Part shown: positions 43,101 through 54,566 of the stretch, piece by piece
Position numbering within the stretch: position 1 is the first letter of the stretch
How the letters are laid out: the number at the start of each line of letters is the position of its first letter
Assembly (NCBI GenBank): GCA_030141605.1
Contig: JAQGDQ010000472.1
Location: 1 to 64,000 of the forward strand
DNA: 64,000 bases
Reading direction: 5' to 3'
Source of the DNA: Tubiluchus corallicola
Taxonomy: Eukaryota > Animalia > Priapulida
Program-made: the position numbers and the translations under genes
The notes under the pieces: model-generated
What the model saw: the letters and a program-made list of their open reading frames with translations, nothing else
Told to the model about the DNA's origin: nothing
The model's database searches: none

Positions 43101-45979
43101 TACCTTATGCAGGTACGTGTCATTTATTAGATATGGTGGTCGTCGTTTATTCCAATACATTTAATGATACAGTAGCGACATTTGTTAGACTCACGGTTAA
43201 TAGAATCGCTCCCCTAATTGACTCAAAAACGTCTAGTACGGGACTATTCAAATGTATAGAAAAACTGTCCATAATTGACTCAAATAACTCTGCATAATTG
43301 ACTCAACATTTTTACTTCACGTACTTAAAATAAGACACTTGTGTGTGCCCAAGGAGCCTTTCCTACTTTTGTGTCGTCTTTGCTTCGCTTTTGTGCTTTA
43401 TAATATACATAGAAATGGTCACGTTAAGTACAGCTTTGTTTGTAAACAGGTACCAATATGTTTATCATATGCACTAATATGTTAGCTTAACGGTTTTGCT
43501 TTGAATCTGGTCATCTGTTTATCCGCTGCAATTAACCTCGTTGTTTCTGGAAGCCAAACATTTAATCACTTGACCAGCGGTTTGCTTTTGATGCTCCTGC
43601 CGCTTTTCACATGGTCATCACCAGCTACAACTCAAGGTGACTTGGTGTTTAGTGTGAATACTTGCAGTACAGAGCAACAGATTTTCAATATTTTTATCAG
43701 TATGAGAATTTCATAAACCAACTTCTTTGTGAAGAAATGAAGCAACCGACCTCGCATGAATTTTTGTAATTTTTAATCGTAATAATCAGATTTTTGTGAT
43801 TTTTTTCATTTTTTATTAATTCACATATAAATTGGTCTTCTTAAATAATCACATGCAGGAATTTCGACTTTAGACATGAATTCACTTTTAAACTTTAGTT
43901 AAAGCCTTTGCAATGCTTCTGTCCCAAAGTGTGTCTATTAGGGCAGAGTCTGTTAAGTCTGTGGGTCTTTTTGATTGGCTGCTAGATTTTCTTTTGTAAA
44001 ACCAATTGCTGAATTTATCTTGGTATTATTCAGTGGCTTGGTAATGTTAATACTGCTACCACAGTGATTTGACTACGGCCAAATCACGTTGAAAACTGAT
44101 CACCGAAGTTAAGCAACATAGAGCCTGGTTAGTACTTGGATGGGTGACTGCCTAGGAATATGAGGTGCTGTAGGCTTGTGGGATGCCCACACTGTATCTC
44201 AACACTAGACGGAGGAGCTGCACAAGCGGCCATGTGTAGAAGAGTAAACCTTCCAAATCAGCAGTGGAGCCCCGAAGGCGGACCAGTCCAGCATGCTCAC
44301 TGACTCCGGCAGCTCCTGCAGCCAACCTGGTGCCAAACATATCGCTCCGCTTTCCTTTGGACTACACCAGGGAGGAAGAGAGGGGGTTTCTGTTGTCTGG
44401 GCAACTCAGGATCTCCATACACCTTGCCCAGGCGTGCACCCTGGAGACGTTCAAGGATCACACTGCTCAGCCACAGTTGACGCTGCAGCTCCATCAATAT
44501 GATCATTAACTGACTCTCTTGGCGCACACTCCATTGTCTTCCGAGACAGAAGGATGCCAACAGTCAGATAACCGACAGATTTCTGTAGCTAAAAATCAGT
44601 GTTGCTATCATATTATAGTAAACAAGTAATACTAATACTTAAAACTTTACATAGAGTTAGTTATTTCACTTTTTAATAGCTGTCATTTTCTTATTACAGG
44701 ACAGTTAGCTTTCTACAGCGGTGGTGGGTATGTAAAGGAATTGAGCCGCAATCGCTCTGATAGTGAATTGATTATCGATTCATTGATTGATTCACGTTGG
44801 ATTGATGAACGCACACGAGCCGTGATGATCGAGATGACTCTATTCAACTCCAACACAAACTTGTTTAGCATCGTGCTAATGATTGTGGAGTTTAGTAATA
44901 CCGGTGGCATTTTTCCAATTTATCAGATTTTTACGTTGAACCTGGCGACATTTGCAAGTGCCGTAGACGTGTCAGTACTGTCAAGTGAACTTCTCTACCT
45001 TGTTCTACTTGGAGTGTTTATCTACAGGGAAGGAAAGCAACTCAACGAGCTCAAGTTCAGCTATTTTAAAAGTACCTGGAATTGCGTCGAATTCAGCATT
45101 ATAGTTCTTTCCCTAACAGGATTTATCCTTTTCGTGAAGAAAACCATACTTATTGACAGTTTACTAGAAGAAAACAAGCGGGCGGAACAATCGAAATTCT
45201 TGAGTTTTTACACAGCTGCATTCTGGGATTTCACGCTAACGTACGTGCTTGGCTTTCTAGTTGTCTTGGTAACGATGAAACTGTGGAAGATGCTGTCATT
45301 TAATAAGATGATGTTTCTCTTTCCAGATACAATTACTCTTTCTTCGGATCCTCTAATTAACTACACGATTATTTTGTTATTAGTACTGCTGCCGTTTGCA
45401 TTGTTTGGTATGCTTGTCTTCCATAATGTTCTCTATGACTTCAATACATTTTTAGTATCTATGGAGTCGCTAATAGACATGCTACTGGGTGGTGGTAGCT
45501 TTCATAAGTTCCAGAAAGCTCATCCGTACTTTGGACCTGCGTATTTCTTTGTTTTCAACTTTGCAGCCGCAATCTACCTGCTCAACATGTTCATAACGAT
45601 CATCATGGACGCGTTTGAGGTGGCCGTGGAACAGCTGGAGGAAAGAGCCAACGACTACGAAGTTGTCGACCACACAGTTAAACTCATAAGTCGGGTGGGG
45701 GGAACAAAAGGCACCTGTGAAAATACGGACTTGAGAGAGATACAGAAAGCTGTGGAGACGGAGTGCCTGCTGGGTATCTTACACAGCAACAAGATGGCGG
45801 AAGAAAGCGGGACGAGCGTCGTGGAAAGACGCGTTTCTTGGCAAGATGAGTTAGTTCCGGATATTATGCGAAGCGCTTACTCCATTAAACAGCAGAGGTT
45901 GGCAAGTCGGAAGGCACTCCCTGATACTTTACTGAAAGCTTTGGAGGAGGAAAGAGCCAAGAAAGTGGTTCATAAGTAA
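31121..45979 (+). CDS. Polycystin-1-like (PKD1L family) gene, copy A, 3' part. Exons: 31121-31241, 32513-32672, 33645-33783, 34891-34998, 36197-36335, 37252-37390, 37642-37759, 38562-39028, 40065-40244, 41048-41123, 41971-42136, 42930-43112, 44700-45979
   Basis: All exons have AG/GT boundaries with matching phases; PLAT domain (Y..T.TG...AGTSAHV; WHDNAG..PEWFL; WLAVD), HLW.S..FTRVQRLSC, LPWWC..IGW, G..RLRQLR, YSGGGY, WIDERTRAV and LNMF motifs typical of PKD1L proteins. Confidence 0.92.
31252..31745. mobile_element. hAT-type MITE, family B (intronic)
   Basis: TIR cagggatgagaa/ttctcatccctg; perfect 8-bp TSD ataacgtg; other copies at 33867-~34320, 40331-40823, 62284-62776, 63902-64000 (partial). 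Confidence 0.9.
32840..33509. mobile_element. Non-autonomous TIR element, family C
   Basis: Ends tgtgggcttgc/gcaagcacaca; related copies at ~47723-48343, ~48870-49150 and ~54567-55005. Confidence 0.7.
35041..35522. mobile_element. hAT MITE family A (inverted relative to the 6386 copy)
   Basis: Same TIR; TSD atataatg/gtataatg; further copies at 47182-47616 and 55113-55524. Confidence 0.88.
36338..36531. repeat. 31-bp minisatellite (~6 copies) starting inside a splice-donor region
   Basis: Unit agttatcctacttctaaattattaatctccc. Confidence 0.9.
44071..44561 (+). mobile_element. 5S rRNA-derived SINE: 5S head 44071-44177, GC-rich body, RTE-like 3' tail
   Basis: gactacggcc...ccgaagttaagcaac...ggttagtacttggatgggtgac...gtgctgtaggctt is a 5S rRNA with a ~15-nt internal deletion; tail ccattgtcttccgagacagaaggatgccaac resembles RTE-clade 3' ends. 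Confidence 0.75.
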
Positions 45980-46607
45980 TTTCTGCGGAAGTGGTCTTCC
46001 AAACCTTGTGATCCAAATTTAAAAAAACAGTTTGCATCGTTTGGGTTGTAGTTTTTGACAGACTTTGTATATTTTTATTAGTAAGCAGTGAATGTTGTGT
46101 TAACAATGTTGCCATGGACCTTTAAAGAAGCATTGTATTGCATGAAATTTTAATGTACCCAAGTAAAAAATAAATTTCTACCTTATTCTAATGCATAACA
46201 TATAACGTGAAGTTACTGAAGGTACAGATTTATTTATTTCAGTAGCAAGGATATATTTTATTTATTTATTTATTTGTTAAATGCGCATCTGTTGCAATTA
46301 ATAATCTATTTTTTAGTTCATCAGCTAATTATATACTTTTGATGTCACGTTTTGACAATTGTGTAAAGAACTGTTCACAGTTTGCAAGGTCTTAGACACA
46401 ATTGTGTCACAATAATCCACTGAAAACGCTGTTTCATTCATTGAATTTTGAGAATCGGTGCTTTAAATTTGTTAGAATTTTTGCAGTATCGTGACAGTCA
46501 TTTTTATGTATTACGTCATTATGAAGGCATGCGTGTTCTGTAACATTTTATCAAGTTTTAATTTTGAATTTTTTTGATTATTTTTTAAGTATATTTGCAG
46601 TGCTTAA

Positions 46608-46912
46608 CCCTTTCAGTCCCGACTTTTTTAAAAACACAACAAAAGCAAAAAATGTGATTCATTGTGTAACTGCTGATAATTTTTTAAAGTATTTAAGACA
46701 TTTAGTATGCATGCTATGCTGATCTGTACAAAGTCATCTCTAAAGTACTGTACCTTGCGCAGTTTTTTATGCTATGTAGATTTTCTAGTTTACCATTTTA
46801 TCACCATTTTTAGTCTATTGTTATTGGCTTAAATCAAAATAACTATTAACAGATCAATTTTAAAGGCAGAAAATATTCTCGTATCCCACGGGATGCAACG
46901 GGTATGAAAGGG
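46608..46912. mobile_element. piggyBac-type MITE (mirror copy at 55794-56126)
   Basis: TTAA flanks; ccctttca/tgaaaggg TIR. Confidence 0.8.
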
Positions 46913-48117
46913 TTAATATGTTAAAGACTACGCCCAATCACATCAATGTATTGGATAATTGGCTGTTCAAGTTATCGGCTATTGGTTAAAATAACGTTAT
47001 CACTATTCAGTATGCGTCGGCATCGTTCATGGATGTGAATATGTAATTGTTTGGTTGTTTGACCAATGTAATTACATTCACATCCGTTGCATAAGAATTC
47101 ATAAACTGCATTAATCTAGCAGAAGTGTTTATTCGCAATATAACGGTTGTGGCTACAGTTAAGTTGGACAAACAATTAGACCAGGCGTGTGCAAATTATC
47201 TGGCTAGCCGGGCCACACTAAATATTCCTGCAATTTCTGTGGGCCACATGCAGTTTGGTCAAGGAGCCAAGTACAGTAGGGCCTAATAATGATTTTTTTT
47301 GCATCCGATTTGCGCACATCATTACTACTGCACTACTACACTCAAGAAACTATTTTAGAAGTTATTAAAATATATATTAAAAACCAAATATTTCGTCATG
47401 TCTGACAGTGACATTAAGTGACAAGAAGTCTTGTAAGGGTTAATGCCATCCGATCTAGAGGAAAAAACTACCCACACTATCGATGTGATATTGGTGCAGA
47501 CTTCAGCTGGATCGCGTGGGCCACACTTTCATTACGTTGACAAACCTCTTCGCAGGTCGCACAAGATCTCTTAGCGGGCCACAAGTGGCCCTCGGGCCGC
47601 AGTTTGCACACCCCTGAATTACATAATTGTATGTATTCAAATCTTTAACAAATTAATAAACTACCAGGTTATGTTTCTTTGCACCTTTTAAAGGTTTGTT
47701 AGCGAGTGACGATTGTCACCATTTGTGTACTTGCAAAATAAAAACGTCCCCATAAGTCGGCATAGTTAAAACTACGTTATGATGCTTCGAAGTTGAATGC
47801 ATCAAATAAATACATTATACAGAAACCAACACTAAATAAGTTCGACTTTCATATTCTAGCATCAAATTATCAGAAAAATGTCCAAAAATACTAAAATTCT
47901 AATTTTATAACTCCTTATCCACTTTTCTGTCTAGAAACTAGTACATTGTACTGTAATTATAAAAAAGCTTCTATCTCCGATATTAGCTCGAGGAAGCTGC
48001 CATTTTGCTTCTGGTTTTTTCTGTTGTCAAGACCAGATCATTGTCAGTAAAAGTCATCTACTGGATTTAAACGTAACTTCAATGTGTACTTGTAAAGTCC
48101 ATAGCAACCACACTTTC

Positions 48118-48132
48118 GTCTGGTCTCTGGTT
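48118..48132. other. hAT-type excision footprint gtctggt-c-tctggtt
   Basis: 7 nt longer than the same site in the family-C copy at ~33090; equals a duplicated 8-mer gtctggtt with junction alteration. Confidence 0.7.
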
Positions 48133-49822
48133 GTTAAGTGTTTTGTAGAAACGCAACAAAAACAATGGCTGACGTCAACGGTGATTTTCTCAAGATTATA
48201 TTTTTCAGTGTGCAGCCTGCACCTCAACTTCAACATGGATTATCTCAGCTTAGAAATAACATAGAGTGATGAACTTACTATCAAAATGATCCTCATGAAA
48301 TGGAGAATCAGAATATTTGGATATTTTGCTGTGCAAGCACACATTTGCTAAAACAACAATATGGCAAGCCGGCACTTATTAGCGTGAGGAATACAATTTT
48401 GTCAGTCAGCTTTTCTCAAATTAGCTAGCAATTAACAATATCGTTAATTACGACTATAAATGCCAGAATAAAGAATGGGAAAAGGCAGTCACACGGATGA
48501 CTTGCCAAAGAGGTAAATCATTCAAATGTAAGTGTTTATTAACCTTACAAGTGCTGACAAATAATTCTGCCAATTGGCTACTTATATATGGCTTAGGCTG
48601 AAAGTGTTTGCGGTGTACTGATAAATAAAATTGATGTGTGCAAAGATGATTTGAGTTAAATTATGTTTCTGTCTGTTTAGTATCATTGTGTTAAACTAAC
48701 ATGTATTACTGCTTCCAGAAACCGTTTTGCAAAATTGACTGTCTAACATTATGCAGTTGTTTGAAAAAAGAAAATATGTGAAATCTTTAGTTGTACATGT
48801 CAACAATGTGTCTTCATTTTAATTTAATTAGTCCATTGCAATAAAGTTACTAAGGGTTTATAATTATCAAATATCAATTTTTTGTTTTTTATAAAGCAAA
48901 TGCTACATATTGGACTTTTATATTCTAAAATCGAATTATCGAGAAAATATTAAAATTCTAGTTTTTAACCCTGTACGCACTTTTTGTGCTAGAAACTAGT
49001 TGTGCAATTGTAAAAAACTCCTGTTTTCAAATTCCAATAGCAGCTCCTGGAAGCAATCATTTTGCTTCGGGTTTTTTTCTGTTGCTAAGCCCAGATCTTC
49101 GTCATTAAGAGCCATCTACTGGATTTAAACATAACTTCAATGTTCTCTTGCAAAAACTGCCCGTGTAAAAACTACCTGCAGATAGTTATCTAATAAGAAA
49201 TGTACTCACTGTGACCATAGCCAACTTCATTATTAACCTCCATGCCGAACAATTACAAGTTATTCAAGCTTTACTATCAAAGGTAGCGTTCCCGTCACGT
49301 TCAGGAAACAAGTTGAAATTGCGAAGATCACAGGTGCAGAAAGATCATATATATATATATATACAACCAAGATAAGATTAACCATCACACGTATAACAAG
49401 CAGCAGAATTACACAGGAACTGAGTTAAAATAGAAAGTGAAAGCAAAGAGGGGTATTTGCCGAAGTAATCCCAGTCAAAGGTCTGTGCTACTAATGCTGT
49501 CAAAAACTATCTAAGGTTTGATCATTGTTGCTTACATTTGTTTCACAAGAAGGTACAAAGGTACACAATTTCAAAATGCACTTACGACCTTTGTGCAAGC
49601 AAAAGGATTTCCTGTGCTTTAAGACGAATTTTGGACAAGTAAAAGTATTCTAAGCACTGACCGGTAATAAACTCACAGAAAAAAGTTACCGAAAAAATTT
49701 GCGGGAAAAAATCACAGGAAAAAAGTGAAAATAGAAAAAGGAAGATTTGTTACACGTTCCAATAAATGACATTTTTCGCTCAGTTTTAAAAAGGAAAGTC
49801 TAGTTTTTTCCGCCCACTGTTG

Positions 49823-51000
49823 TCACGGCATAATAAGTGAAGAGAGTGATGTGATGATGCTACACGGCATGATAAGTGAACAGAGTGATGTGATGATACT
49901 ACACGGCATGATAAGTGAAAAGAGTGATGTGATGATACTACACGGCATGATAAGTGAACAGAGTGATGTGATGATACTACACGGCATGATATGTGAACAG
50001 AGTGATGTGATGAGAGTATACGGCATGATATGTGAACAGAGTGATGTGATGAGAGTATACGGCATGATATGTGAACAGAGTGATGTGATGATACTACACA
50101 GCGTGATAAGTGAACAGAGTGATGTGATGAGAGTATACGGCATGATATGTGAACAGAGTGATGTGATGAGAGTATACGGCATGATATGTGAACAGAGTGA
50201 TGTGATGATACTACACAGCATGATAAGTGATGATACTTCACGGCATGATAAGTGAAGAGAGTGATGTGATGGTACTACACGGCATGATAAGTGAAAAGAG
50301 TGATGTGATGATACTACACGGTATGATAAGTGAACAGAGTGATGTGATGATACTACACGGCATGATATGTGAACAGAGTGATGTGATGATACTACACGGC
50401 ATGATATGTGAACAGAGTGATGTGATGAGAGTATACGGCATGATATGTGAACAGAGTGATGTGATGAGAGTATACGGCATGATATGTGAACAGAGTGATG
50501 TGATGAGAGTATACGGCATGATATGTGAACAGAGTGATGTGATGGTACTACATGGCATGATAAGTGAACAGAGTGATGTGATGATACTACACGGCATGAT
50601 AAGTGAACAGAGTGATGTGATGGTACTACATGGCATGATATGTGAGCAGAGTGATGTGATGGTACTATACGGCATGATAAGTGAACAGAGTGATGTGATG
50701 AGAGTATACGGCATGATATGTGAACAGAGTGATGTGATGAGAGTATACGGCATGATATGTGAACAGAGTGATGTGATGAGAGTATACGGCATGATATGTG
50801 AACAGAGTGATGTGATGATACTACACAGCATGATAAGTGAACAGAGTGATGTGATGAGAGTATACGGCATGATATGTGAACAGAGTGATGTGATGAGAGT
50901 ATACGGCATGATATGTGAACAGAGTGATGTGATGATACTACACAGCATGATAAGTGATGATACTTCACGGCATGATAAGTGAAGAGAGTGATGTGATGAT
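49823..51000. repeat. 39-bp satellite, ~30 copies, with higher-order blocks
   Basis: Unit cggcatgatatgtgaacagagtgatgtgatgagagtata; a shortened unit recurs at ~50217 and ~50944. Confidence 0.95.
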
Positions 51001-51219
51001 CAGTAATGGTACATAGTTAAATTTACTTGGGGTGGGGCTTCAGAAAATTTTAGCCGTTGTTTTTTAACTGTTTAAACCGAAGCAAACAGTTGTCGAATTG
51101 TCGAAGTTCAAGAATTTGCCGGTACACGGCTTTTAAGCCGGTGACAGCTGACAACACAAATTGTGTGAGCAACAGTACTCTTTCTACCTGAAAGTGCATC
51201 GTCTCAGACATGTGCAATG

Positions 51220-51960
51220 GCCGCATGCCCACAACAGTCAACTACCACGTTTCTGGAGCTGTGAGCGCCCTGTGCTGTGAAGCAAACAGTACTGCCCTCA
51301 CGTGCCCACAACAGCCAAACACCATGTTGCTGGAGCTGTGAGCGCCCTGTGCTGGGCTGTGAAGCAAACAGTACTACCCTCGCATGCCCACAACAGCCAA
51401 ACACCATGTTGCTGGAGCTGTGAGCGCCCTGTGCTGGGCTGTGAAGCAAACAGTACTACCCTCGCATGCCCAAAACAGCCAAACACCATGTTGCTGGAGC
51501 TGTGAGCGCCCTGTGCTGGGCTGCGAAGCTAACAGTACTACCCTCGCATGCCCAGAACAGCCAAACACCATGTTGCTGGACCTGTGAGCGCCCTGTGCTG
51601 GGCTGCGAAGCTAACAGTACTACCCTCGCATGCCCAGAACAGCCAAACACCATGTTGCTGGAGCTGTGAGCGCCCTGTGCTGGGCTGCGAAGCTAACAGT
51701 ACTACCCTCGCATGCCCAGAACAGCCAAACACCATGTTGCTGGAGCTGTGAGTGCCCTGTGCTGGGCTGCGAAGCTAACAGTACTACCCTCGCATGCCCA
51801 GAACAGCCAAACACCATGTTGCTGGAGCTGTGAGCACCCTGTGCTGGGCTGCGAAGCTAACAGTACTACCCTCGCATGCCCAGAACAGCCAAACACCATG
51901 TTGCTGGAGCTGTGAGCGCCCTGTGCTGGGCTGCGAAGCTAACAGTACTACCCTCACGTG
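51220..51960. repeat. 82-bp GC-rich satellite, ~9 copies
   Basis: ORF starts recur every 82 bp (51302, 51384, 51466...). Confidence 0.95.
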
Positions 51961-52278
51961 CTCTGGACTGTACAAGTATAAAGACAGAATGAAAGAAAAA
52001 AATCTCATTATATTGAATATTATTGGTAATATTTAGTGAAAACAGGGTGTGCTGCAGTTCCACAATACCTATACACGAGCCACCACTGGTGATGATACTG
52101 TGTGATAGTGGTTGAACATCGGTTTCATTTTCATAATCGATTTATCGAATTTAAATTTATTCAGTAATCGATTATAATTGGTTTCTAGGGAGGAAAAACT
52201 AGTAATTTTGACGAGTTCTAGGGTGTAATTAAGCTAACGAGTAGATTGCTTTAACATAATAGAAAAATACAACTTTAT

Positions 52279-52929
52279 GGCGCTATTACACTTTCGCACC
52301 GCCTAGCTTTTTCTAGGCTCGTACGTCATCATTCTATTATTCTTAAGTCATCAGTGAATGTTTCCGCTAATCTAATTGTAATTTAATCACATATTTAGGT
52401 ATAATTACCAATAATTACGCTGTATTGACAGTTCTACTCAGTATCGCCATCTTGTTTGTGTGTGTAGTCACGTGACGAATTTCGTACTAGTTTATGCATT
52501 ATCAGGGCCTAGCTTAAAAGGCACGTGACACACTTTCATCTTAATTGCATTTACGAAATAAAGAAAAAACTTTACCTTTATAATCTAATATGTGGGAACA
52601 CTATAATATGATACAAACTCCCGTGGCTGCAACCATAATAATCATAAATTATGCAAAAAAACTAAAAATACAAGTTAAGTGCCATATACGTCACTGCGCG
52701 AGTGCGATTGCGCATTAGTTGTGTAAACACGGTTATTCACGTGGAGCTTTTTGCGTATTGACGGCGGTAAGTAATGTATGATTTTAATCTGGAATTATGA
52801 AGCCTAAAAACCTATATTATTATGGCAATATGGTGTATATTACGCCTGTTGGTCTGCTTTCTGGCCTGCAGGCGTAAAAACAACCAATAGGCCAGGAAAA
52901 GCTAGTCGGTGCGAAAGTGTAATAGCGCC
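52279..52929. mobile_element. Mutator (MULE)-type MITE
   Basis: ~40-bp TIR ggcgctattacactttcgcaccg...; perfect 9-bp TSD caactttat. Confidence 0.88.
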
Positions 52930-53550
52930 CAACTTTATTCAAGTTTTGCCCACGAAAAAGGTCAACTGAAACTCTGACAAAAAGGCACGCAAATGCCCGA
53001 AATCTTTTGCATTATATCACTTATAAAGATATGCGTTGCTGACCGTAAAATACGAAACGAAACACAACAAATTTCGAAATTTTTAACAAATGACATTTTG
53101 AGAGTAACAGGTTTGCTATCCTTAGCCATTGCTGTTTTAATTACAGTGTTGATGGAAAAAGTAATCAGTATCAAGTTTTAAATGAGATTATTTTACTAGT
53201 TTGGAGTTTACAAAACTGTTGTTATCGTTTGCGCGCTTGTCCGTACTTATTTTTGTTTACAAAAACCATTACCTGTCTCAAGAGAAATTTGCTCATCTAA
53301 GCAGTGTCTCCAAGGCAATAAGTTATTGTACAAAGATGACAACGTACGTCTTGATTTCACTAAGATGCTGTACGTGTTTACCGCGCGATTTTCTGAAAAG
53401 TAAGTGTAAATGGCATTGGTAATGCGATTGATTTACGTTGGGAGCTGAGAAAATTATCAACGATCGAAAATAAAAGCCCAATTGATTAATAATCGATTAA
53501 TCAATACCGCTGCTATGGTGAGGAAGTGAGTGAAATGATCTTATGATGCA

Positions 53551-53676
53551 GTGAAGTGTCGTACAGGTGTGAACAAAGCAATCTTCTGATACAGTGAAGT
53601 GTCCTACAGGTATGAACAAAGCAATCTTCTGATATGGTGAAGTGGCATACAGGTGTGAACAAAGCAATCTTCTGAT
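53551..53676. repeat. 43-bp tandem repeat (3 units), truncated by the adjacent hAT element
   Basis: Unit gtgaagtgtcgtacaggtgtgaacaaagcaatcttctgataca. Confidence 0.85.
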
Positions 53677-54566
53677 CAGGGGCGTCGTGCACCAAAAAAA
53701 TTGGGTTTGGGGGCCGACTGTATATAATGGCGGAACTTAACTGTTTAAAAAACGTATAATTTTGGAAAAAAATAAACAGTATTTTGCGTGCAAGAAAAAC
53801 GATTTATTTATTCCCAATTGGCATTTAACTTAAAGCTATAGCAACGGAAACTTAATTAAAATTAAATTAAAATTTAATTAAGTATTTATTAGCTGTCAGG
53901 AATCCGATGCAAATTTAATGAAGTCAGATTGGACTGCCTTGACATCGTTTAAGAAATATAGCTAAAATCGCAGCGAAAACTAGCAAAGATTTTCTTAGCA
54001 GGAGAAAAATGATGAAATGTGCTCAAAATCACGCCCTTTTATCCAGCAAACTCGTGGGAAAGAGTCACTAAGGAGTAGCAAAGAGTCGATAATGTCCAAT
54101 CAGGAGGTGGCTGGACCGTGGCTCATCAATTTGTATCTCCCAAACCGACTCTCTGGTACTAGGCTAGCTCCACATGACTTCAATGTTTGCATTGTTTTTG
54201 CTCTATTATTTCACTGCTGAACGAAGCTCGAGTGCTAACTGAGCCGTTTTGTTAACTAACAGTCTTTTGTGCAAAGACGCTAATGCTACTCAACGAGCTG
54301 GTTTGTTAACTGTTCCTGCCTGCCTCCTGAATAGATTACATGCAAACAAATTAACTACATCCTGACTTTCAGGTAAACACGTACTCATGCTCATACTGTT
54401 CACATTTATGGAGCGCTGGCCCGATATTGCGTGTCAAAAAGTCGGAAATAAATTTGCTTACCGGTCTCATTACGAGCCGCTGACACCCTTCAAATTTTTG
54501 ACATTTTCTAAAAAAATTGGGGGGGGCGCGCCCCCCCCCCCGGGCCCCTATGGCACGACGCCACTG
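53677..54566. mobile_element. 890-bp non-autonomous hAT-type element at the inversion breakpoint, flanks not duplicated
   Basis: TIR caggggcgtcgtgc/gcacgacgccactg; left flank cttctgat, right flank aaccagac. Confidence 0.8.

Larger units (their letters stand above)
39340..48124 (+). repeat. Left arm of a large inverted duplication (partner 54567-~63390)
   Basis: Exons, introns, SINE and MITEs are all mirrored; high-90s % identity by eye; outer limit approximate. Confidence 0.92.

Noticed and set aside
44071-44177. Functional 5S rRNA gene
   Set aside because: ~15-nt internal deletion, several substitutions, no oligo-T terminator, fused to a SINE-like body
49786-52063. Many repetitive His/Cys/Ser-rich ORFs
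   Set aside because: Products of the 39-bp and 82-bp satellites on both strands; no splice or start context
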